Shown piece after piece: positions 1 through 8,670 of a DNA stretch of 30,792 nucleotides; within the stretch, counting starts at the first letter, position 1; each line of letters opens with the position of its first letter. A program made the translations under genes and the position numbers. Under the pieces are notes generated by a model. The model was given only the letters and a program-made list of their open reading frames with translations. It had not been told where the DNA came from and ran no database searches. The stretch is from Acidimicrobiaceae bacterium (lineage in GTDB: Bacteria > Actinomycetota > Acidimicrobiia > Acidimicrobiales > Ilumatobacteraceae): contig CANGZK010000001.1 of the NCBI GenBank assembly GCA_947458565.1, forward strand, positions 1 to 30,792. The letters run 5' to 3'.

Positions 1-515
1 CCGATCGTGTCGAGTTGTACAACCCAGCAGCCGACGAACTTCCGTTGTTTGAGCAATACCGAGTGCACGAGCAGCTGCTCAAAGCACTTGACAAGAAAGT
101 GTGGCTACCTTCTGGTGGTTCGCTGATCATCGAGCACACAGAAGCACTGACGGTGATTGACGTCAACACGGGTAAAAACGTGGGTAAGTCAAACCTGGAA
201 GAGACTGTCTTCTATAACAACCTTGAAGCAGCAGAGGAGATCGCACGTCAATTGCGCCTGCGCGATATTGGCGGAATCATTGTCATTGACTTCATCGACA
301 TGGAGATCAGGGAAAATCGTCGAAAGGTGCTCGAATCATTCAAGGATGCACTTGCACGCGATAAGACTCGAACCCAGGTGTTTGAGATTTCGGAACTTGG
401 TCTTGTGGAGATGACCCGCAAACGCATTGGAGAAGGATTGCTGACGAGTTTCGCCGATGCCTGCGCAGTTTGTGACAGTCGCGGATTTACGCTCGATCTG
501 TCAATGCTGGACTGA
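1..515 (+). CDS. rne: Ribonuclease E/G family protein, 3' part only (5' end outside the window)
   Basis: The frame is open from the window edge (DRVELYNP...). It carries RNase E/G catalytic motifs (TEALTVIDVNTG, NLEAAEEIARQLRLRDIGGIIVIDFIDM, GLVEMTRKR) and the Zn-link CAVC. It sits upstream of rplU as in actinobacteria. Confidence 0.93.
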   Translation, partial: DRVELYNPAADELPLFEQYRVHEQLLKALDKKVWLPSGGSLIIEHTEALTVIDVNTGKNVGKSNLEETVFYNNLEAAEEIARQLRLRDIGGIIVIDFIDMEIRENRRKVLESFKDALARDKTRTQVFEISELGLVEMTRKRIGEGLLTSFADACAVCDSRGFTLDLSMLD

Positions 516-533
516 TAAAGCCTTAATGAATAA

Positions 534-567
534 AGCCCAACCGGTGGTTGGGTTACTAGTAACCAAA
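534..567. promoter_or_regulatory. Hairpin (534-554) overlapping a perfect 14-bp palindrome GGTTACTAGTAACC (551-564) in the rplU promoter region
   Basis: AGCCCAACC-GGT-GGTTGGGTT forms 9 pairs including one G-U. The palindrome lies upstream of a -10-like TAGAGT (572-577). Function is inferred. Confidence 0.4.
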
Positions 568-588
568 GGGATAGAGTAAGGACTTCTT

Positions 589-900
589 ATGTACGCAATT
601 ATCGCAACCGGAGGCAAGCAAGAGAAGGTCGCCAAGGGCCAACAGGTCCATGTCGAACTGCTCGATGCTCAAGAGGGCTCAGAGGTGAAGTTCACCCCAA
701 TCATGCTCGTGGACGGTTCGACCGTTCTTGCTACTCCTGCACAGCTCGCCAAGTCAACTGTGACTGCAAAGGTCATGGGCATTGCTGCTGGCCCAAAGAT
801 CGACGGCTTTACTTACAAGCGTCGTACCAACCAGCGTCGTCGTTTTGGTCATCGCCAAAAGTATTCGGTGATTGAAATCACCAACATTCAGAAAGGCTAA
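589..900 (+). CDS. rplU: 50S ribosomal protein L21
   Basis: [15 protein letters not shown]-terminus and [19 protein letters not shown]-terminus; 103 aa; followed by L27. Confidence 0.98.
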   Translation: MYAIIATGGKQEKVAKGQQVHVELLDAQEGSEVKFTPIMLVDGSTVLATPAQLAKSTVTAKVMGIAAGPKIDGFTYKRRTNQRRRFGHRQKYSVIEITNIQKG

Positions 901-905
901 TTCTC

Positions 906-1160
906 ATGTCGAAAACCAAGGGTGGCGGTTCAACCCGCAACGGTCGCGATTCGAACGCGCAACGACTCGGCGTCAAAGTATTTGACGGCACAAAGATCAC
1001 AGCAGGAACAATTTTGATTCGTCAACGCGGCACAAAAGTGCACCCAGGTAACAACGTGGGCATTGGCAAAGACGACACGCTGTTTGCACTTTCGCACGGC
1101 AGTGTCAAGTTTGGTGAGCGTCGTGGCCGCAAGGTCGTCGACGTCATTCCAAACATTTAA
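906..1160 (+). CDS. rpmA: 50S ribosomal protein L27
   Basis: [20 protein letters not shown] and [13 protein letters not shown] signatures; 84 aa. Confidence 0.99.
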   Translation: MSKTKGGGSTRNGRDSNAQRLGVKVFDGTKITAGTILIRQRGTKVHPGNNVGIGKDDTLFALSHGSVKFGERRGRKVVDVIPNI

Positions 1161-1192
1161 TTAGTTCTACTAACTTTTGTAGCGAATTAATT
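1159..1192. terminator. Weak AT-rich hairpin between the convergent rpmA and dGTPase stops; possible bidirectional terminator
   Basis: AATTAGTTCTAC (1159-1170) pairs with 1179-1192: 12 bp, one G-U, a 2-nt bulge and an 8-nt loop. It is weak and has no clean U-tract. Confidence 0.25.
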
Positions 1193-2338
1193 CGTATCGA
1201 TTCCCTGAGGGAGTCTGCTCGCATCCCAACCCAGTAGTGCTGTGCCTTGTCGGCATGCAAACCTGTCTGTCATGCCGCCAACATATGCAACTGCGTTGTG
1301 TAATGCTTCGGTTGAATGTGCGGGTGCAATGTGAGTGGCAAGACTCGCATCTTGATCATTCTCGGTGAGCATCAAATGCGGATGACTGGCGTAGTGCTCG
1401 ACAAGTGCTTGCAGTAGATCGATCACTGATTTTGCTTGGTTGCGCGAGGCGTCACGCATGTAAATGTTGTCGTAGTTAAAGCGACGAAACTCTGCAAGAG
1501 CGTCGGCCTGAGCTGGCTCCATACCGATACGGCCAGTTGCAGCAGTCGCGGCGATCATTGAAGAGATAAATGATCGAAGTTGTTGTGAGCGAGCAGTGCC
1601 GCAATGGGTGCGCACTTGTTCTGGTAGTTGGTCGAAGGTGACAATGCCGGTCGCTGCGGCATCTTCAAAGTCGTGACACACGTATGCAATGCGATCGGCC
1701 CACGAGACAACTTCGCCTTCGGGTGTCATTGGTGCCGGGCGCGACCACGAGTGATTGCGAATTCCGTCGAGAGTTTCGACACACAAATTGAGTGGCACAA
1801 GAGTCACGTCGGCACCCCAAACAGCGTGATCAAAACCCTGAGGAACAAATGGGCTCAATGCGTCCTCCGAAGCGTGGCCGCCTGGTCCATGCCCGCAGTC
1901 ATGACCGAGCGCGATCGCTTCGGTGAGAGCAACGTTGAGTGCTAAAGCTCGCGCAACCGACGTTGCTACTTGGGCAACTTCGAGTGCGTGAGTGAGACGA
2001 GTGCGTTGATGATCTTGTGGAAAGACAAATACTTGTGTTTTGCCTGCAAGACGTCGAAATGCTGATGCATGCAAGATGCGGTCTCGGTCGCGCTCGAAAC
2101 ACGTGCGAAATGGGTCTGCTTCTTGGGCAATGGCACGATTGCCAGCACCAAATGCGCGAGTAGCAAGTGGGGCAAGAGCAGAGTCTTCGCGTGACTCACG
2201 CTCGGCACGATCAATGATTTGCCGAGCACCGGGGCCAGACCACGAGTCTTTGTGAGCAAAACGAATTTGATCGTCTGATGCAAAGCCGTCCATGGTTTGA
2301 GCCCATGCGACGCTGCGCGAAATTGGTTCGGATGTCAT
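1187..2338 (-). CDS. dgt: HD-domain deoxyguanosinetriphosphate triphosphohydrolase-like protein (short dGTPase)
   Basis: RTCFERDRDRILHASAFRRLAGKTQVF, RTRLTHALEVAQ, LGHDCGHGPGGH, DRIAYVCHD and YVGGMTDRFA motifs. The start is ATG 2338 (with -10-like TATCGT 8 nt upstream) or ATG 2293. Confidence 0.9.
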   Translation of the reverse strand: MTSEPISRSVAWAQTMDGFASDDQIRFAHKDSWSGPGARQIIDRAERESREDSALAPLATRAFGAGNRAIAQEADPFRTCFERDRDRILHASAFRRLAGKTQVFVFPQDHQRTRLTHALEVAQVATSVARALALNVALTEAIALGHDCGHGPGGHASEDALSPFVPQGFDHAVWGADVTLVPLNLCVETLDGIRNHSWSRPAPMTPEGEVVSWADRIAYVCHDFEDAAATGIVTFDQLPEQVRTHCGTARSQQLRSFISSMIAATAATGRIGMEPAQADALAEFRRFNYDNIYMRDASRNQAKSVIDLLQALVEHYASHPHLMLTENDQDASLATHIAPAHSTEALHNAVAYVGGMTDRFACRQGTALLGWDASRLPQGIDTN

Positions 2339-2386
2339 ATATCTACACGATACGTGGAGGGTGTACTAGTAGGATTGAAAGCCCCT

Positions 2387-3637
2387 ATGAGTGCCTTTGT
2401 CGATGAAGCCCAATTAAACGTCCGCGGTGGCGACGGTGGTGCTGGCTGCGTCAGTTTCAGGCGCGAAGGCCCTGTTGCATTTGGCGGTCCAAACGGCGGT
2501 GATGGTGGCGACGGCGGTTCGGTCTGGCTAGTTGCCGATCACAACGTTGCGTCGTTGTTGGCTTTTCGCGATCACCCCCACAGACGGGCGGGCGATGGCG
2601 TCCATGGAATGGGCAAGGACTTGCACGGTCGCCGTGGCGAGGACATGATCATCAAGGTTCCTGAAGGCACCGTTGTGCGCGATATGTACACGGGTGAGAT
2701 TCTGGCCGACTTGGCAGTGAACGGCACTCGCTGGCAATCCGCAAAAGGTGGCCAGGGCGGACGCGGGAACGCGCGCTTTTTGTCGAACCGCAGGCGCGCA
2801 CCAAAATTTGCTGAGCAAGGCGAGCACGGTAAAGACCGCTGGCTAAAACTTGAACTCAAATTGATGGCTGACGTAGCACTTGTTGGTTTTCCAAATGCAG
2901 GCAAGTCAACATTTATTAGTTCGGTCAGCGCAGCGAAACCAAAAATTGCCAACTATCCATTTACCACGCTTGAACCACACCTTGGAGTGGTGCGCATGGG
3001 TGGGTCGAGCGAATTCATCATTGCGGACATTCCAGGAATTATCGAAGGCGCGAGCGAGGGACGTGGACTTGGGCATCAATTTTTGCGCCACATCGAACGT
3101 GCTCGAGTGTTGTGCGTGCTTGTAGACCTTGCGCCAATGGACGAAGTATCTGCCGACGAACAAGAGCGAATTTTGTTACAAGAGTTGCAGGCCTATCAGC
3201 CTGAATTGCTCGAGCGACCACGCCTCGTTGTTGGCACCAAAACAGATGCCGCGACCGAAGAAGTGATGCTTGCATGGAAGGGTCAACGGATGTCGGCCGT
3301 GACTGGTGATGGAGTGCGGCCAATTTTGGGAGCACTTGCAGAACTGGTGCAACGCGCACGCACGCTTGTGCCTTCACAAGAATCTTCAGTAGTCATTCGT
3401 CCAGAGCCAGAAGGCACGCATATTGAGCGCATGGGCGACAACGAATTTAGATTGATTGGCCGTGACGTGGAGCGGTCGGTTGCACTGAGTGATGTGACGA
3501 CGCCTGACGCACTGAACTACATCGATGAACGACTCAAGCGACTTGGTGTTGCGCGTCTCTTGTCGCGCGCGGGCGCAAGCGATGGTGCAGTTGTGCATAT
3601 TGGGGCATTTAGTTTCGAGTACACACCGGAGACGTAG
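2387..3637 (+). CDS. obgE: GTPase ObgE/CgtA with C-terminal DUF1967-type domain
   Basis: FVDEAQL...GGDGGAG Gly-rich Obg fold, G1 GFPNAGKS, YPFTT, G3 DIPG. Start moved from 2297 to ATG 2387 to match the family N-terminus. Confidence 0.97.
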   Translation: MSAFVDEAQLNVRGGDGGAGCVSFRREGPVAFGGPNGGDGGDGGSVWLVADHNVASLLAFRDHPHRRAGDGVHGMGKDLHGRRGEDMIIKVPEGTVVRDMYTGEILADLAVNGTRWQSAKGGQGGRGNARFLSNRRRAPKFAEQGEHGKDRWLKLELKLMADVALVGFPNAGKSTFISSVSAAKPKIANYPFTTLEPHLGVVRMGGSSEFIIADIPGIIEGASEGRGLGHQFLRHIERARVLCVLVDLAPMDEVSADEQERILLQELQAYQPELLERPRLVVGTKTDAATEEVMLAWKGQRMSAVTGDGVRPILGALAELVQRARTLVPSQESSVVIRPEPEGTHIERMGDNEFRLIGRDVERSVALSDVTTPDALNYIDERLKRLGVARLLSRAGASDGAVVHIGAFSFEYTPET

Positions 3638-3639
3638 AG

Positions 3640-4734
3640 ATGCGAATCGTTGTCAAAATTGGAACATCATCAGTAACTGATGAACACGGCTCGATCAAGA
3701 ACGAAGCAATTCGTGCATTGTGCGAGCAGGTAGCGCGCGTACGTAGCGAAAGAAACGAAGTGATTGTCGTTACGTCTGGAGCCATAGCTGGTGGGGTGGG
3801 TGCGCTTGGTTTAACCCAGCGCCCAACTGACACGCAGACACTGCAAGCTCTTGCCGCGGTTGGGCAAAGCCAGTTGATGAACAAATACAACGAGCATTTG
3901 GCCTCGCATGGTTTGGTTGGCGCTCAGGTGTTGTTGGTGCCTAATGATTTCATCGACCGCACGCAGTACCTGCATGCACGACAGACGCTTGTGCGATTGC
4001 TTGAGTTGGGTTGCGTGCCAATCATTAATGAGAACGACGCGATTGCTAGTGACGAGATTCGTTTTGGCGACAATGATCGCATCGCTGCTTTGGTGGCGCA
4101 CAGCGTGAGTGCTGATGTGTTGGTGCTGCTGACCGACATTGCTGGCTTGTTTACTGCAGACCCAAGTATTGATGCTTCGGCAACATTTATTGAGCAAGTT
4201 GCAGCAGATGACCCGCTGTTGTCAGTGCGAGCCAGCGCAAGTAGCACCGCGCGTGGAAGCGGCGGCATGTCTTCTAAATTGTCGGCTGCTCGTATTGCTT
4301 CGTGGTCGGGTGTGCGAACAGTGATTGCTGATGCAACAAAGACGGACGTTGTGATTCATGCACTTGCACAAACACCAGGTGCGGGCACACAGTTTTTGCC
4401 ACACAATCGAAACCTATCCGCCCGCAAGTTGTGGATTGCTTTTGCTGCTCAGCAGAGTGGAGTGATTGTTGTTGACGCTGGCGCAAAGCAGGCGTTGATC
4501 GAGCGCAACACGTCGTTGTTGCATGCCGGTGTGGCTGAGGTGCACGGAGATTTTTCGGAAGGCGACACTGTCGAAATCCAGGACATGAGCGGTGCGGTAT
4601 TTGCTCGCGGCATGGTCAGTGTGAGTGCGGTGCACGCAAGTGCCGCAGCTGGTCGCAAAAGTGCTGAGCTACCTGAAGGCGTTGTGGCTGAGCTTGTTCA
4701 CCGCGACGATTTGGTAGTTCTCGTCGACCAATAA
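3640..4734 (+). CDS. proB: Glutamate 5-kinase with PUA domain
   Basis: VVKIGTSS, VTSGAI, PIINEND, FGDNDRIAALVA, GSGGMSSKL and a C-terminal PUA region; follows obgE as in actinobacteria. Confidence 0.96.
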   Translation: MRIVVKIGTSSVTDEHGSIKNEAIRALCEQVARVRSERNEVIVVTSGAIAGGVGALGLTQRPTDTQTLQALAAVGQSQLMNKYNEHLASHGLVGAQVLLVPNDFIDRTQYLHARQTLVRLLELGCVPIINENDAIASDEIRFGDNDRIAALVAHSVSADVLVLLTDIAGLFTADPSIDASATFIEQVAADDPLLSVRASASSTARGSGGMSSKLSAARIASWSGVRTVIADATKTDVVIHALAQTPGAGTQFLPHNRNLSARKLWIAFAAQQSGVIVVDAGAKQALIERNTSLLHAGVAEVHGDFSEGDTVEIQDMSGAVFARGMVSVSAVHASAAAGRKSAELPEGVVAELVHRDDLVVLVDQ

Positions 4735-6284
4735 TTGCGTACATTCGGTTCGCCAAGGAGTGCGAGCGCCGCAATGTACGTGACACCACCAATGATGACG
4801 CCGACGAGAACTCGGGCGAGTGCTCCTACTCCAGCGGTAGAGCCAACCGCATCGCAACCGAATTTCACGGCACCAGCCATAATGATGCCCGCAGCGGCGA
4901 TGCGCAGTACATCCTTAGCGAGCTTGCTCAATTGAAGCGATTGGTTCGTTGACGCAAGAGTCATCACGGCAATGACTGCGCTGATGACGTAGGCGATGGA
5001 AAAAGCAATACCGAGACCTAGTACGTCAAAGCGATCAACAAGAACAATGGCAAGAACGATGTTGATTGCGTTCTCGATGAGGTTGATAAAAAATGGAGTG
5101 CGTGTGTTGTGCTGGGCATAAAACCCGCGCAAGACAAACAGGTAAATAGAAAACCCAGTGAGACCGAGCGCGAGCCCGCTCAGCGCTCTCGCTGTATTCA
5201 CCGTGGCTTCGGATGAGAAATTTCCGTGCTGCAAAACAAGACCGATGATTGGTTTAGAAAGAACAAACAAGCCCAACGAGGCGGGGATTGTGAAAAGTGC
5301 GGTGAGTGTGATGCCACGGCTCATGCGATCTGCGAATGCTTTGTGATCGCTGTCGGCAGCAAGTCGTGCGAGATCGGGGAGAAACGTGGTTGCAATTGAC
5401 ACGGCGAGAAGACCGTGGGGAAGTTGAAACAAGACAAACGCTTTTGAGTAGGCATCAACAAGACCACTACCAGGGGATGCAAGATTTTTGATCACTACCA
5501 AGGCCATTTGGTTGGCAACAACGTAGCCAAAAGTCCACAAAGAAAGCTGGATTAATTTGCGTACTGCTGGATGAGAAAACTGCGGACTGAAGTGGAATGC
5601 AATGCCGCTGCGGCGCACCGCCACAATCTGAATAATGGCCATGACTGCAATGCCAACTGTTGTGCTGAGACCCAACTGCCACATCAATGTCGATCCGCTC
5701 AGTACGTCGGCGATATTTGGCTGCGTATCAGAACGAATTGATACGAGAAAAAAGATGGCGATGACATTGGCCGCTGCAGGTGACCAAGCTGCTGCAAAAA
5801 AACGGCGGCGAGCATTGAGCAGTGCAGAACAAAGCGCGCTTACACCGTAGAAAAAAATCTGCACGACAAAGATGCGTGTGAGTGCGGTGCCAGCACTGCG
5901 AAAGACTTCTACGTCGACGCCTGCTGCTGGGTGAATTGAAAACAGATGAAAGATTGCCGGTGAGGCAACAATTGCGGCGAGGGTGATCACGCCAAGCAAG
6001 ATGAGTGAGACACTGATAATGGCGTCAGTTCCTTGCTGCGACTCGGGCGTTTGTGGATTACTGCTGAGCAGTGAGGTGAACAACGGCACAAGGCTGGCTG
6101 CGAGCAAGCCGCCGATCAATAACTCGTAAATCGAGTTTGGTGCATTGTTGGCAGCATCAAAAGCGTCGGCGAGTGCTGTCTGGCCGATGATCACCCCAAA
6201 AACGATGATTCGGGCGAGGCCCGTGATTCGAGAGAGGGCTGTGCCAGTGGCGACAACGAGATTGGATCGACCAAGGCCAGGCAT
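4698..6284 (-). CDS. murJ: Lipid II flippase MurJ/MviN (stand-alone, no C-terminal pseudokinase extension)
   Basis: SRITGLAR, DAFDAANNAPNSIYELLIGGLL and FQLPHGLLAVSIATTFLP motifs; about 14 hydrophobic segments; 528 aa. Confidence 0.93.
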   Translation of the reverse strand: MPGLGRSNLVVATGTALSRITGLARIIVFGVIIGQTALADAFDAANNAPNSIYELLIGGLLAASLVPLFTSLLSSNPQTPESQQGTDAIISVSLILLGVITLAAIVASPAIFHLFSIHPAAGVDVEVFRSAGTALTRIFVVQIFFYGVSALCSALLNARRRFFAAAWSPAAANVIAIFFLVSIRSDTQPNIADVLSGSTLMWQLGLSTTVGIAVMAIIQIVAVRRSGIAFHFSPQFSHPAVRKLIQLSLWTFGYVVANQMALVVIKNLASPGSGLVDAYSKAFVLFQLPHGLLAVSIATTFLPDLARLAADSDHKAFADRMSRGITLTALFTIPASLGLFVLSKPIIGLVLQHGNFSSEATVNTARALSGLALGLTGFSIYLFVLRGFYAQHNTRTPFFINLIENAINIVLAIVLVDRFDVLGLGIAFSIAYVISAVIAVMTLASTNQSLQLSKLAKDVLRIAAAGIIMAGAVKFGCDAVGSTAGVGALARVLVGVIIGGVTYIAALALLGEPNVRNYWSTRTTKSSR

Positions 6285-6346
6285 GTGTATTCATCGTAGA
6301 TCGTCTAGCAGGATTGCGGTAGCGACCAAACGCTAGGGTTGCTCAA

Positions 6347-7213
6347 ATGGAAAATCGATTTGAATCAGTTGAACAAGTCCGCGAAGGACTAAAAAAGGTC
6401 CACTATTTGTCAGATGATGGCATTGCTGGCGTGGTCTTTCTTGCACAGCGATTGGGTAAGCCAATTTTGGTTGAAGGGCCAGCGGGTACGGGAAAAACCC
6501 AGTTGGCAAAGAGCGTTGCAGAGATGTTGAACGCACGACTCATTCGCTTGCAGTGCTACGAAGGCTTGGATGAATCGAAGGCTCTCTACGAGTGGAACTA
6601 CAAAAAACAATTGCTCCGCATCCAGGCTGACAAAAACAGCGACTCGTGGTCGCAGGTGCAAGATGACATCTTTAGTGAAGAGTTTTTGTTGACTCGTCCA
6701 TTGCTCGAGGCAATTAGCAGCCCAGATCCAGTGGTGCTCCTGATTGACGAAGTGGACCGTGTCGAAATCGAAACAGAGGCATTGCTACTTGAAATTCTTT
6801 CCGAGTACCAAGTCTCAATTCCAGAGTTGGGCACAATTACCGCGAAGCAAATTCCGATGGTATTTCTGACATCAAACAACACTCGCGAATTGTCGGAAGC
6901 ACTGAAGCGACGTTGTTTGTTCCTGCACATCGACTATCCGGACATGGAGCGAGAAAAAGAAATCGTGCTCACAAAGGTTCCGGATATCACGCAAAACTTG
7001 GCCGACCAGATTGCTCGTATTGTTCGCAGCATTCGTCAGCTTGACTTGAAGAAGGCTCCGTCAGTAAGCGAGACCCTGGACTGGGCGCGCACATTGATGC
7101 TGATGGGTATCGAGAACATTGATGCTCAAGAAGCAAAAGACACCTTGCACATCTTGCTCAAATACCAGACCGACATCACGAAGGCAGCCAAGGAACTGTC
7201 GGTCGACAAGTAA
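6347..7213 (+). CDS. MoxR-family AAA+ ATPase (CoxD-like)
   Basis: Walker A GPAGTGKT, RLQCYEGLDE..ALYEWNY, Walker B LLIDEVDR, TSNNTRELSEALKRRC; adjacent VWA gene. Confidence 0.92.
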   Translation: MENRFESVEQVREGLKKVHYLSDDGIAGVVFLAQRLGKPILVEGPAGTGKTQLAKSVAEMLNARLIRLQCYEGLDESKALYEWNYKKQLLRIQADKNSDSWSQVQDDIFSEEFLLTRPLLEAISSPDPVVLLIDEVDRVEIETEALLLEILSEYQVSIPELGTITAKQIPMVFLTSNNTRELSEALKRRCLFLHIDYPDMEREKEIVLTKVPDITQNLADQIARIVRSIRQLDLKKAPSVSETLDWARTLMLMGIENIDAQEAKDTLHILLKYQTDITKAAKELSVDK

Positions 7214-7224
7214 GGCAAAACAAT

Positions 7225-8670
7225 ATGACCGTGCTCGATTTAATGTCGGGTTTCATTGCTGAGTTACGAAAAGCTGGTTTGCCCGTCAGCCTGACGGAAA
7301 ACCTAGATGCGATGGAAGCCGTCAAAGAGATTCCTATTGAGGATCGCCAGGCATTTAAATATGCATTGGCCGCAACTCTTGTAAAGAGCAATTCGCACTG
7401 GCGCGCATTTGAAACCATCTTTGAGGTGTACTTCTCGCTACGCGGACCGGAACATCAAATTCCTGGAGAGATGACCGACGCCGAAGCAGAGCTGTGGCGC
7501 GAAGAGCAAGAAATGCAGCAGCAGGGTGAAGGCGCTGCCGGAAGTGGCGGCGGCATGGATTCGCTCACTCCTGAAGAAATTGCACAGATGTTGATGCAGG
7601 CATTGATGAACGGTGATCAGGCAATGATGCGAGCACTTGCGCGCCAGTCTGTGCAGCGATTTGCAGGAATGGAACCTGGACGTCCGGTTGGCGGAACGTA
7701 TTACTTGTATCGAACGCTGCGCAACCTTGATCTTGACAACATGCTCGACAAATTGATGGAAGCAAACCGCGAGCAGGCAGCACAAGACTTGACAAAACTT
7801 GAAGAGCGTCTTGAAAAGGATGAGTTTGAGAGCAGGATCGAGCAATTTAAGCAAGAGGTCGAAGCAGAAATTCGTAGACGACTTGTTGCTGACCGTGGTG
7901 CCGAGGCGATGGCTAAGACTCTGCGTAAACCACTGCCAGAAGACGTCGAATTCATGCATGCCAACAAAGAAGAGATGCAGAGTCTGAAGAAGGCGTTGCA
8001 GCCGCTCACTCGAAAGTTGGCCGCAAAACTGGCACGCAAACGCCGACATGGTCGACGTGGTCCACTCGATTTTCGCGCGACAGTTCGGAGTTCGCTGAGT
8101 TACGGAGGAGTTCCCGCTGACCCGAAGTTCAAGTATCCACGGCCGTCTAAGCCTGAACTGATGGTTGTCGCCGACATCTCGGGCAGTGTTGCTGCGTTCG
8201 CTCGATTTACCCTGATGTTGGTGTATGCGATTCAGGGACAGTTTTCTAAAGTGCGCTCATTCGTGTTCATTGACGGAATTGACGAAGTGACTGACTACTT
8301 CAAATCGAATGTCGACATCAGCGACGCGATTCACCGCGTGAACACCGAAGCTGACGTGGTGTGGGTTGATGGGCACAGTGACTACGGCCATGCGTTTGAA
8401 GTTTTTTGGGAGCGTTACGGGAAAGACATCAATCCGAAAACCACGATTTTGCTCTTGGGGGATGCCCGCAACAACTATCACGCTTCTTCGGCTTGGGTGA
8501 TCAAGGAAATGCAAAAGCGTGGGCGCCACGTGTATTGGCTCAACCCAGAGCCGAGAAGTTACTGGAATACGGGTGACTCGATTGTTGGGGAATACGGTAA
8601 TTTCACGGAGGGCGTGTACGAGTGTCGCAATCTGCGGCAACTTGAAGCGTTCGTTGAAAAACTAGCGTGA
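7225..8670 (+). CDS. VWA domain-containing protein (CoxE-like)
   Basis: MIDAS DISGS, GHSDYGH, LLGDARNN and WLNPEP motifs; directly downstream of the MoxR gene. Confidence 0.9.
   Translation: MTVLDLMSGFIAELRKAGLPVSLTENLDAMEAVKEIPIEDRQAFKYALAATLVKSNSHWRAFETIFEVYFSLRGPEHQIPGEMTDAEAELWREEQEMQQQGEGAAGSGGGMDSLTPEEIAQMLMQALMNGDQAMMRALARQSVQRFAGMEPGRPVGGTYYLYRTLRNLDLDNMLDKLMEANREQAAQDLTKLEERLEKDEFESRIEQFKQEVEAEIRRRLVADRGAEAMAKTLRKPLPEDVEFMHANKEEMQSLKKALQPLTRKLAAKLARKRRHGRRGPLDFRATVRSSLSYGGVPADPKFKYPRPSKPELMVVADISGSVAAFARFTLMLVYAIQGQFSKVRSFVFIDGIDEVTDYFKSNVDISDAIHRVNTEADVVWVDGHSDYGHAFEVFWERYGKDINPKTTILLLGDARNNYHASSAWVIKEMQKRGRHVYWLNPEPRSYWNTGDSIVGEYGNFTEGVYECRNLRQLEAFVEKLA

Noticed and set aside
1187-2338. 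dGTPase as a defence island or mobile cargo
   Set aside because: No integrase, att-like repeats, neighbouring defence genes or visible compositional shift.
2332-2349. TATATCTA core at the dGTPase start as an NrdR box
   Set aside because: The core resembles the centre of the NrdR consensus (acaCwAtATaTwGtg), but the conserved flanking C and G are absent and there is no second tandem box.
6347-8670. Calling a CO dehydrogenase (cox) cluster
   Set aside because: Only the CoxD/CoxE-like pair is present; there are no coxM, coxS or coxL genes in the window.
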